From positions 51 to 64,050 of the forward strand of contig JAFGUD010000262.1 in NCBI GenBank assembly GCA_016938685.1: a DNA stretch of 64,000 bases. Direction: 5' to 3'. The DNA is from Bacteroidales bacterium. Lineage in GTDB: Bacteria; Bacteroidota; Bacteroidia; Bacteroidales; JAFGUD01. Below, piece by piece: positions 49,128 to 58,241 of this stretch. Position 1 is the stretch's first letter; every line of letters begins with the position of its first letter. The position numbers and the translations under genes are program-made. Under the pieces are notes generated by a model. That model saw nothing but the letters and a program-made list of their open reading frames with translations, was not told where the DNA came from and did no database searches.

Positions 49128-49568
49128 ATGTTGGTTTTTAAAGATGGTAAAATTGTACACGAGGTGCAAATTCGTGTTACTTATAAAGATACAGATAAAA
49201 TGGGGTATTCTTATTATGGAAATTACCCCACTTATTTTGAAATTGCAAGAACAGAATTTCTTCGTGAGCTTGGTTTAAGTTATAAAAAACTTGAAGATGA
49301 TGGATTTTTGCTTCCTATTGCTAATATGAGTATTAAGTATTTGAAGCCGGCAAAATATGATGACTTGCTGACGGTTAGAACTTCATACAAAAAATTACAT
49401 TCAGTAAAAGTTGAGTTTGAGTACGAAATTTTTAATCAAAATGGAGAAATTCTGAATCAGGCTAGTACTTTGTTAGTTTTTGTAGATGTTAATTCCAGAA
49501 AACCTATCAGAGCTCCGGAATATTATATGAATGCTATGTCTAGATTTTTTGAACAAAATAAAAATTAA
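49128..49568 (+). CDS. Acyl-CoA thioesterase (YbgC/FadM hotdog family)
   Basis: RVTYKDTDKMG..YYGNY..YFEIARTE and YLKPAKYDD. Confidence 0.92.
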   Translation: MLVFKDGKIVHEVQIRVTYKDTDKMGYSYYGNYPTYFEIARTEFLRELGLSYKKLEDDGFLLPIANMSIKYLKPAKYDDLLTVRTSYKKLHSVKVEFEYEIFNQNGEILNQASTLLVFVDVNSRKPIRAPEYYMNAMSRFFEQNKN

Positions 49569-49573
49569 CTGAA

Positions 49574-50974
49574 GTGAAAGGGGTAGTTGTTAAATTCTTC
49601 ATTTTTATTGCTTTTAGCAGTTTGTTGTTTTCTTGTGGAGATGATATTCCAAATACAAATGTCAATAATAATACTCAGAATTTGATTGACAGTTTGCCAA
49701 ACCACAGACCAATTGACCAATACGCAAAGTTTATTTCAGGCTTTTCTGCTGAAGATTTTTCCGACTTTCAGCAAAAAGATATTTACAAAAGTTATTCAAA
49801 TTCTAACGAAACAAATTGGAATTATTTCTCTGTTAATCAGTTACTTGTTATCATGAACTGGGCTGAGAAAAATGCTGTTTCTTCTGCTGATGACACATCT
49901 ACTGTTTTTTATCCTTTTGCCGGTCCTGATTTTACATTTGCTTATGCATTTTACCCTTATGCTAAAAATTATATTCTTATTGGTCTTGAAAATATTGGTG
50001 AAATTCCTGATTTGAAACAATATTCGGATCTTGAAATAGCAGAATTGTTAAATTCTATGACAGATGCTTTGGTAGAGTTTTATACGCAAGGTTATTTCAG
50101 CACGTTAAATATGAAATATAATTTCAGAAAAAATAATGTGAATGGAGTTGTTCATCCTTTGTTGTATTTTGTGTATCGTACTAATAATCAGATGATTGAT
50201 TTTGAATATTTTGTTCTTGATGAATTTGGCCAACCCCAAAAAGTTGACAAATTAGAGTCTTTGGACAAAAGAATAAAAGGGTTGAAAATTTCAATGACAG
50301 GAAAATTTGGTAATAAAGATTTATATTACTTGCAAGTAGATTTGTCCGACGAAAATTTTGATGATTATCCGGAACTTATTGCTTTTGTTAGTAGTTTTGG
50401 AAATAAAAATACGTTTCTTAAATCTGCTTCATATTTGCTTCAAGATAATAAACTGTTAAAATTCAGAGATTTGTTAATTTCTCAGTCTTCAAAAATTATT
50501 CAAGATGACTCCGGTTTTGGATATAATTTTTTAAAATCCCATAATTTTGATGTAAAAGTATTTGGTAATTATTCCCGTACTTTGAATCTTTTTCAGGATT
50601 TTTGGCAACCGGATTTAAAAGCTGAATTTGACAATCAAAATGCAAAAAAATTACCTTTTCGTTTTGGTTACAATGTTCCTTTTGATGAAACAGCTATAAT
50701 TTTTGCGCAATCTCAAACCTCAGAACAGCTTCAATATCCAATTTACAAAGTACAATTCAGAATGTCATGGGAAAAACTTCCGGTTGACAGCTTTCCGAAT
50801 AATTTCAAAGAAATTGATTACTACTTTGACGAAGGTTATTACAAATACACGTTAGGTAGCTTTCAAACAGAAGATGAATGTCGAGAAATGCTTGATTTTG
50901 TCAGAAAAAATGGCTACCAAGATGCCTTTATAGTAGAATTTAAAAAAGAAAGCAGAAGAACTATTAATAATTGA
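49574..50974 (+). CDS. Uncharacterised lipoprotein with a C-terminal SPOR-like domain
   Basis: GTG start, lipobox LFSC; FYPFAGPDF, KSASYLL, QDDSG, LPFRFGY blocks; YKVQF...YKYTLGSF...GYQDAFIV tail. Confidence 0.72.
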   Translation: MKGVVVKFFIFIAFSSLLFSCGDDIPNTNVNNNTQNLIDSLPNHRPIDQYAKFISGFSAEDFSDFQQKDIYKSYSNSNETNWNYFSVNQLLVIMNWAEKNAVSSADDTSTVFYPFAGPDFTFAYAFYPYAKNYILIGLENIGEIPDLKQYSDLEIAELLNSMTDALVEFYTQGYFSTLNMKYNFRKNNVNGVVHPLLYFVYRTNNQMIDFEYFVLDEFGQPQKVDKLESLDKRIKGLKISMTGKFGNKDLYYLQVDLSDENFDDYPELIAFVSSFGNKNTFLKSASYLLQDNKLLKFRDLLISQSSKIIQDDSGFGYNFLKSHNFDVKVFGNYSRTLNLFQDFWQPDLKAEFDNQNAKKLPFRFGYNVPFDETAIIFAQSQTSEQLQYPIYKVQFRMSWEKLPVDSFPNNFKEIDYYFDEGYYKYTLGSFQTEDECREMLDFVRKNGYQDAFIVEFKKESRRTINN

Positions 50975-51127
50975 TAATTAATAATTGATAGTTAATAATT
51001 GATAGTTAATAATTGATAATTAATAGTTCAAGGTTCTTGTTTCTTAGCTTTTGACTCTTAGTTTTTCACTCTTATTTTTTAACTCTTATTTCTTATTTCT
51101 TAATTTTTATTTCTTAGTTCTTAATTT
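50967..51127. repeat. Tract of 23 heptamer units between convergent stop codons
   Basis: An ATAATTG/ATAGTTA block followed by a TTATTTC/TTAGTTC block in unbroken 7-bp register. Confidence 0.9.
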
Positions 51128-51128
51128 T

Positions 51129-54100
51129 TTAAAGTTCTCTCACAAGTGCGCCCCATTCTTTGTCTATTTTGAAATTATGTTTCAGGTAATAATTACCGAA
51201 CAGAAAATGAGCTTTTATCATTTTAAAACCTTTGGCTTTCATTCTGTTGAAAAAATCTTCAAGCATATTAGAACCTATTCCGCGACTATGAAGAGCAGAA
51301 GTAACTGCCATTCCGTCGATTAAGGCAATATTATTTTCAAGCTCTTTGTAACACAAACCGGCAATTACTTGCTCGCGTTGATTTACAACCACAAAATGTT
51401 TGTCCATTTGAGAAATTTCTTTTGGATAGTTTTCTTTGAAAAATAATTTGTAAACTTCTCCAACTTCGCTGGCATCAATCGGTTCACGCATTGTGTATTC
51501 TGCTCCTTTTTTATCTGAAATTTTCGAATAAACAACAAGATGTTCGCTTTTCTTTTCACCAACTTTTTTGAAATCAATGAATTTTCTGTCTTTTAAATCA
51601 GGAAATACAAGTTTATTAAAAATAACTTTATCTTCTTCGGTTGTCAATTCTGCCTGCAAATCTGAGAGTTCTGTTAATTGAATTGCCAGAGTTTCAGGTT
51701 CTTCGTACATTTTGTTCAAAACATTATCAAACAAGTTTTTTACATTGTCATTAGAATTGTTGAAGTAAGTTTCACGATAAAATTTATACCTGACTATCTC
51801 TGTGTATTGATTTAGTTTATATAGTTCGAATAATTCATCAATAGTATGAATTTTTGCAAAAGTACTTGCTTTCGCATTTCTTTTGTTCCAGTCAAGATAA
51901 CGGTCAACTGCATTAAATAAAGCTAGCGGTAAATAATGTTGATCTTTAGACACATTAATGTATTTAATTGCCTGATCTTTAAGCTCAATACAGCATTGAG
52001 TAGGGGACTCGCAACATTCAATTTCTTTGATAAATCCGGATAGAATGGAAATTGTTTCTGTTTTTCCAACTGCTTCTACAAGTGCATGAAACATCCAGGT
52101 GTTTTTCAAAAAACGTTTAAGGGCAGGGTAGTGGGCAACTGTTTTTTCATAAAAATTGACATTTATTGCTGAAATTATGTCTTTTATAGTTCCAACTTTT
52201 TTGTGAGCTGAAAGTGATAAAATTCTAACATTATCAGAAAAATCAATTTCAGGAACAACAACGTTTTCAGGTGCCACAAATCCCGGTAATACTTCCCGAT
52301 ACGAATTATTCCATGCTTTAAAAAATGCACTTATTGAACGAATAAATATTTTTCGCCAGAAATTTTTGTCTTCTATATAGCCTATTTGTTGAATCTCAGC
52401 CATAGAACGAATTTTATCCCATGCCGAAAGTTGACTTATATATCGGGTAGTGAAAATTTGTTCATCGGGCATTACATAACCAAATTGTGCAACCGAAGGA
52501 CTATCAAATGGATAACCGGAAAGTGCAATGTGCATGTGAATTGTGTCAATTCGGCTTTCGTTTGGTAATTTTGGGTCAATAGAAATGTGTATATCAAAGT
52601 GCTTGCCACACAATGTGTTGATACTCATTCTAAAATGTTTAGATGAGCGGTAATTTTTCAATCTGGAAATTCTAATACAGCCGGGAGATAATGTTTTATA
52701 ATCAAATTCAAAATCATCATAAGCCATAAAAACTGATAATTTTAGGAAATGATTTTTCTTTAATTTTGATTTTAAAGTGGTTTGAAATTTTTCTGAAATT
52801 CCTTCATCGAAAATAAAATAGTTATTCCAATTTTTCTCGCTAATGTTTTTTGTATTTTTGGAAACGTAATTTTCAAATTCATAGTGTAATTTTTTAAAAA
52901 ATTCTTTCGCTTTTTCTGAAAGATAAGGTTCTTTTTTGAATAGTTTCCAACTTGCGAATTCTGCTCGTAAAGCTTTGTAATAGTGAGGATTAGTTTTTCC
53001 GAAATTTAAGAGCAATTCAAATATTTTTTCAAATTGATCTCTGGTTAAATCATTTGCCGGCCATTGTAAACCCAATCGATATGCGTGCATTCTTCGCCTA
53101 AAAGCTTGCAATTGTCTGAAATCAATATTCGATTGTGCTATTTTTTTAATAGAAGCTTCATTTAAAAATGTTTTGCCGGAATTAATAAACGAAGGTAAAA
53201 TTTTTGAATAATCCGGATCGGGAGCCATTGAAATTAGAATTTGATAAGCAAAAACTCTTATTTTTTCTGATGGATGACAAGCTAAACTCTCTAATCTTCT
53301 TTTAATTATGTCAACTTTGTTTTTATCATAAGACGAAAACATGTTTTCTAATTGGTTTAGATTCTGAACAGAAGATTTTGTGTCTGAGTGAAGAATGATT
53401 GATAGTAAGTTATTTAAAAATATAAGTTCCGGGTCATTAATTCCTTTTACCTGATGAAAAGCGGATAATGTATAGAGTTTCCGTTTTTCCGGAATACAAA
53501 TTTGAGAAGTGAAATTTTTGAGTGGCAAATCGTAGTTGGTTTTAACTGGCGCAAAACTAGTAAGTTGCGGATTGGCAATCCATAATTTTGGTTGATGAAC
53601 AATTCTTCCAATGTCTATTTTTTTATCTGAAACACAATAAGATAAATCGCCAACAACAAAATAATTTTCACGCTGACATTTAGCAACTCTAAGTTTCATA
53701 TTTGTGACATTGTTAACTAATTCTTTGTTAACTAACTCGATATCAGTTTCTAAAATTCCCCAATCTCTGATAAGCCATCTTGGAATAATAATTTTGTAAT
53801 CTTCAACCTCAAAACTTATATGATCAGCTTTATAAAGCGTTTTTATCAGTTCTGAGAAGTTTTTTTCAATATTTTTTCTTTTGTATGAACCTTTTGCAGT
53901 TACTTCTTCTAAGTCTTCCGAAAAATCTCTGTCAATTACGGCAAAATTAATTACTCTTTCGTAAGGAGCTAAATCTGCATTTGCTGCAATTACAATCTGT
54001 CGGAAATATTCATGTTTATTTTTTTCGTCAGTTATAGCAGAAAAAACGGGATCTGTTTTGTCGGGAACAATCAATAAAACATTATATGGCAAACCATCAC

Positions 54101-55700
54101 CTACAAGAAATGTTCTTTTTATTCCCGGAACGCCGTCAAATTTTGATTCGGCACTACGTGGAGAAACCGTTTGTCCTTTATTGTTTTTGTAAATGTCTTT
54201 TAATCTGTCGATTATCTCATGATGTCCATCTTCTGAAATGGTAAAAATATCGCCTGTCGAAAGCCAATACTCTTCGTCTTCAGGATAAGGAATAATATCA
54301 TTGGGTCCTGAGTCTTCAAGATATTTTGCAAGATAATGGCTACAAATTTCAAGTTCTTGGTTATCGTTTAATCTAGTACACATTCCGGGCAAAGGCACGC
54401 CAACTGAGCCTTCCTGATAATTAAAAGAATCGGTCATTGTTATTCCGCCAGTTGCTTCTGTCATTCCAAATCCGCTGTTTAGTGAAATGCCGAATTTGTG
54501 GAAGAATTTGAACACTTTTGGGTCAAGATAGCCGGCTGCTGACAAGCCCCAGTGAAGTCTTGTTCCAACAACGCTTTTTATTATTTTTAAAACGTGTTCA
54601 TCAGATTCGGTTCCGTTTAGACTGTTTGTTACGGTTTCGTAAAATTGTAACCATCTGACAGGTACGCTAATAAATCCGGTTGGGTTAACTTCGGGGAAAA
54701 TTTTAGATAAAGAAGAAATTGAGGGAGTATCAGACATAACATAAGTGCCGCCCCAGAAAATAGTTCCGGTTAATTCTAAAAATCTTCCAAATGTGTGAAA
54801 AAGAGGTAGATAGCATACAAAAACTTCGTCTTTGCCCACTTGAGGTAATGCAGCAGCTCTACAAAATCTTTTGCTAACTATATTGTAAATTGAAAATGAA
54901 ACTCCTTTTGGCAAACCTGTACTTCCTGATGTGAACATTGTGGTTGCAACTTGGTTTAAAGGTTTTATTTCTCTTTGAGATAATATTTTATCAGATTCTG
55001 GTTTAGTAATTTTTTTACATTCTTTGCCTAAAAAATAATCTACTTCCTCAAAACCTGAAAGCTTTTCATCTGTTGCAATTATTTCAATTTCTTTACCGGA
55101 TTTTTTCATAGCTTCTATTGCAAGTTTTAACCTGTCATGATTATCAGTTATTACAAAATCAAAGTCAATTAAATTGAATATATATGCTAAATTTTCGGCG
55201 TTAAAATGAACATTAAGCGGAGTGTCAAAAATATCAAACATTAAACATGCAAGGTCAACAGAAGCTGCTTCAATACTGTTGTCCATAAAAATAAGCACTT
55301 TTGGGTTATTTGGCTTAATTTTATAAATAAAAGACGCTATTTCTCGCGCATGAGCATAAACTTGTTCATAAGTCCATTTACGGTAATTATTGTTTGTCTT
55401 TTCAAGGAACAAAGTTTTTTGAGGATGTTCAATTAGTCTTTGTTCGTATAAATTATGGAAATTAAATTCTATTTTTCTTATAACATCAAGAACTATTTTC
55501 ACCCAATTATTTCTGTTTTCGTCAGTTTCAAGTGCTGTTAAAAATTCACTTCTGCGACTATAATTTAGAAAATCGTAGAGTAATTTTTTATCAGATTTAT
55601 TCTCATTCAATAATTTTTCAGCATCAGCTAATATTTGCAGAGTATTTGTATTGTCGAAAATATTTTTTTCGAATAATTCTTTTATGTTTTCTATTGTCAT
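51129..55700 (-). CDS. Multidomain AMP-binding (acyl-CoA synthetase-like) protein with a C-terminal GNAT domain
   Basis: FTSGSTGLPKG, YLPLFH, GFGMTE, STGD, DRLKD ANL motifs; C-terminal AVTSALHSRGIG...YYLKHNF GNAT motifs; 1523 aa. Confidence 0.85.
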   Translation of the reverse strand: MTIENIKELFEKNIFDNTNTLQILADAEKLLNENKSDKKLLYDFLNYSRRSEFLTALETDENRNNWVKIVLDVIRKIEFNFHNLYEQRLIEHPQKTLFLEKTNNNYRKWTYEQVYAHAREIASFIYKIKPNNPKVLIFMDNSIEAASVDLACLMFDIFDTPLNVHFNAENLAYIFNLIDFDFVITDNHDRLKLAIEAMKKSGKEIEIIATDEKLSGFEEVDYFLGKECKKITKPESDKILSQREIKPLNQVATTMFTSGSTGLPKGVSFSIYNIVSKRFCRAAALPQVGKDEVFVCYLPLFHTFGRFLELTGTIFWGGTYVMSDTPSISSLSKIFPEVNPTGFISVPVRWLQFYETVTNSLNGTESDEHVLKIIKSVVGTRLHWGLSAAGYLDPKVFKFFHKFGISLNSGFGMTEATGGITMTDSFNYQEGSVGVPLPGMCTRLNDNQELEICSHYLAKYLEDSGPNDIIPYPEDEEYWLSTGDIFTISEDGHHEIIDRLKDIYKNNKGQTVSPRSAESKFDGVPGIKRTFLVGDGLPYNVLLIVPDKTDPVFSAITDEKNKHEYFRQIVIAANADLAPYERVINFAVIDRDFSEDLEEVTAKGSYKRKNIEKNFSELIKTLYKADHISFEVEDYKIIIPRWLIRDWGILETDIELVNKELVNNVTNMKLRVAKCQRENYFVVGDLSYCVSDKKIDIGRIVHQPKLWIANPQLTSFAPVKTNYDLPLKNFTSQICIPEKRKLYTLSAFHQVKGINDPELIFLNNLLSIILHSDTKSSVQNLNQLENMFSSYDKNKVDIIKRRLESLACHPSEKIRVFAYQILISMAPDPDYSKILPSFINSGKTFLNEASIKKIAQSNIDFRQLQAFRRRMHAYRLGLQWPANDLTRDQFEKIFELLLNFGKTNPHYYKALRAEFASWKLFKKEPYLSEKAKEFFKKLHYEFENYVSKNTKNISEKNWNNYFIFDEGISEKFQTTLKSKLKKNHFLKLSVFMAYDDFEFDYKTLSPGCIRISRLKNYRSSKHFRMSINTLCGKHFDIHISIDPKLPNESRIDTIHMHIALSGYPFDSPSVAQFGYVMPDEQIFTTRYISQLSAWDKIRSMAEIQQIGYIEDKNFWRKIFIRSISAFFKAWNNSYREVLPGFVAPENVVVPEIDFSDNVRILSLSAHKKVGTIKDIISAINVNFYEKTVAHYPALKRFLKNTWMFHALVEAVGKTETISILSGFIKEIECCESPTQCCIELKDQAIKYINVSKDQHYLPLALFNAVDRYLDWNKRNAKASTFAKIHTIDELFELYKLNQYTEIVRYKFYRETYFNNSNDNVKNLFDNVLNKMYEEPETLAIQLTELSDLQAELTTEEDKVIFNKLVFPDLKDRKFIDFKKVGEKKSEHLVVYSKISDKKGAEYTMREPIDASEVGEVYKLFFKENYPKEISQMDKHFVVVNQREQVIAGLCYKELENNIALIDGMAVTSALHSRGIGSNMLEDFFNRMKAKGFKMIKAHFLFGNYYLKHNFKIDKEWGALVREL

Positions 55701-55973
55701 ATTTTACAGTTTAGTAAATAATGAATGCTTTTCGATGTTTTATAATGTAATATTTATAATATCAACTGTCCGGATTCTTTTTTTTATTACAAACAAAAAT
55801 AACTCAATTTTTACATAATTCAAAAAATGAAAATGAGTGTTTGATTTAATGAATTGTTGTATAAATTATCAGATTATTAGCAGATGACTGGGCTAATTTA
55901 TTTATTTACAAGGTATTAAATGTGATTTTTTTCTTTGTATTGAGGAACGTTTTTTGGCTTTTTAATCGAAAAT

Positions 55974-58241
55974 TTATGATTTGACAGTATTTTGATTGAA
56001 TTTGTTCTTGATTTCAGCCAGAATTTTGTCAATATATTCTAGACCCCAATTCCAGCGTTCGTATCGTATTCTTGCTTTTTCCAGGTAAAATTGAGCTTCT
56101 TTATACTTTTGAAATTTATATTTTACGATTCCGGTATGATAACTTGCAATTGTTGTCATCAAATGATCGCATTCGTCGTCGAAAAACATGTACGATTTTG
56201 TTAGTATTTCTTCTGCTTTATCTAGAAATAAACCGCTACTGTGATTTAGAGCTGCAATACCGATATTTAAAAAAGTAAATTCGTCATCAATGTTATCCTC
56301 GTGAATTTCGGCTAATTGGTAAATTTCATAGGCTTTGTCGTAATCACCACTTTGGATATATTTTTCAATCAAATCGTCTTCTTCCTTTGTAAATTCCCTG
56401 TCGGTGTGTGGAACATCTTTTTTTGAAAAATATTTTTCTGCATTTTTATAGTCGTAATGAAGAGTATAACACATTGCAGTTCTCAATTTTAATTTTGGCA
56501 ACAAATCGGATTTTTCGCTTTCAAAATAGTCGGTTATTTCGGCTAGTTTGTGAATTATTTTTGATGCTTCCCATCTTGATTGGCTATATGTAGCATGCCA
56601 AATATTGTAGTAGGCTTCGTATTTAATTATTTCGGTATCGTGATTTTTTTGGTCTGTTTTTGAAATAAATGCCAAGGCATTTTCAGCATGTGCAAGTGTT
56701 TCGTTATCAGCCCAAAGTTTTGCGCTTTCTTCGGCCATACGAATTTCTTCTTTTGCCGCAATTATAAGGTTATTGTAAGTTTCTTCGGGGTTTGTTTTAT
56801 CAATATCAATATTTATTAGTCTGGTTTTTCCGTCGATTAAACCTTGTGCAATTTGCATGTGAGTATTGAATTTTTTATAAATCTCAGAATTGTCTTGCAG
56901 TTTTTCTTTCCAGATTGATTTAATTGTTGCTGCAATATGTTTGTGTAATCTGCGCCGTTTTGTGTTGTCGATATTATCATATACATAATGAAAAACCAGT
57001 TTTTGCGAAAAGCTGTAAATGTCTAGCATTAAATCATCAAAAAACAAACCTTCTTCTTCTGTCAAAAGTCCGTGATTTTTGTTCAGGTTTTCCAGATAAT
57101 CTAACAATTCAAATTCATCGATTTTTAAAATTGATTCAATTTCCTGTATAACAAAACTTTTTCCGCTGATTGATGCATAAGATAAAATCTTTTGTAATTG
57201 TTCATCAAGTCGTTCAATTTTTTCCTGAATGACAGCATTTACAGATATTGGCAGATTTGAAATGTCAGTATGATTGAGTTCAAAAACATCATTTTTAATC
57301 ACAATGTTTTTGTTTTGAATAAGTGTTTCGGAAATTCCGTTTAAAAACAAAGGATTGCCGTTTGTTATTTCGTAGATTTGTTCGAAAAAAGTTGACTTGA
57401 AATTGTTTTTATGGAAAATTGTATTTAAAAATAAAGTTGTTTCATCTTTTGATAAATCATTGACAGCTATTTCTGTAAGCCAATTGTGTGTATTGTCAAT
57501 ATGACTTTCTGATTTTGTATAATTGCGTAGTTCGTTGAGTTTGTCGGCAAAAGGATGCCTTATATTTACTATTTCGCCCAATTCATTAGTTTTTTGTCGT
57601 CCAATTTTAATTTCATCGGGTCTATAACTTGCAATTAGCAATATTTTGAAAGGATTTTTACGTATTTGTTTGCTTAGATGAAAAATAAAATTTAGAGTAG
57701 CGCTGTCTGCCCATTGAATATCGTCAAAAAAAACGATAACAGTTTTGTTCTGGGCAACACGTCTTAATTCGTTTTCAAATATTTCGTAAACTTGTTCTAA
57801 TCCTTCTATTTTTGAAATAGGTTGATCTTTGAATGTTTTTTTATATGACTGAATAGTTTCAATTCCCACTGAAGCATAACCGCCAACAATAGGTATCAGA
57901 CTAATCCATTTTGTACCGGATTCGGAGAAAAAACTTTTGAGTTTTTGGCGTCTCTCTTCTCTGTTTGTTTTTTTGTCTTTTTGTGAAGAGTCAACATTTA
58001 GTTGAATGATTATATCTTTAATAGGAGCGTAAGGATTTAGGTTTTCTTTGTCGTTACATTCTGTGAATGCTGCAATATTTACCTCATTATCAGTGGATTG
58101 CAAAAAATTATGCACAAGAGCTGTTTTCCCGTTACCTGAATTTCCGCTTATTAAAACAAGGTTGCCGGAGTTGTTATTTGCAGTATCAAGACATTTTCTA
58201 AGTATGTCGAGTTCCTTTTGTCTTCCAATAAATTTTGTCAT
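55974..58241 (-). CDS. STAND-like (AAA_16) ATPase with C-terminal TPR-like repeats
   Basis: FIGRQKEL, Walker A GNSGNGKT, Walker B VFFDDIQWAD, SYR sensor, TNGNPLFL, helical-repeat C-terminus. Confidence 0.82.
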   Translation of the reverse strand: MTKFIGRQKELDILRKCLDTANNNSGNLVLISGNSGNGKTALVHNFLQSTDNEVNIAAFTECNDKENLNPYAPIKDIIIQLNVDSSQKDKKTNREERRQKLKSFFSESGTKWISLIPIVGGYASVGIETIQSYKKTFKDQPISKIEGLEQVYEIFENELRRVAQNKTVIVFFDDIQWADSATLNFIFHLSKQIRKNPFKILLIASYRPDEIKIGRQKTNELGEIVNIRHPFADKLNELRNYTKSESHIDNTHNWLTEIAVNDLSKDETTLFLNTIFHKNNFKSTFFEQIYEITNGNPLFLNGISETLIQNKNIVIKNDVFELNHTDISNLPISVNAVIQEKIERLDEQLQKILSYASISGKSFVIQEIESILKIDEFELLDYLENLNKNHGLLTEEEGLFFDDLMLDIYSFSQKLVFHYVYDNIDNTKRRRLHKHIAATIKSIWKEKLQDNSEIYKKFNTHMQIAQGLIDGKTRLINIDIDKTNPEETYNNLIIAAKEEIRMAEESAKLWADNETLAHAENALAFISKTDQKNHDTEIIKYEAYYNIWHATYSQSRWEASKIIHKLAEITDYFESEKSDLLPKLKLRTAMCYTLHYDYKNAEKYFSKKDVPHTDREFTKEEDDLIEKYIQSGDYDKAYEIYQLAEIHEDNIDDEFTFLNIGIAALNHSSGLFLDKAEEILTKSYMFFDDECDHLMTTIASYHTGIVKYKFQKYKEAQFYLEKARIRYERWNWGLEYIDKILAEIKNKFNQNTVKS

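Noticed and set aside
50967-51127. Repeat tracts as CRISPR arrays
   Set aside because: Units are 7-8 bp with no unique spacers, and there are no cas genes in the window.
51051-51323. 90-aa plus-strand ORF rich in F/L
   Set aside because: It is translation of the heptamer tract plus the antisense of the GNAT domain.
51129-55700. NRPS or carboxylic acid reductase interpretation
   Set aside because: No phosphopantetheine-attachment (GGxS), condensation (HHxxxDG) or reductase motif was seen.
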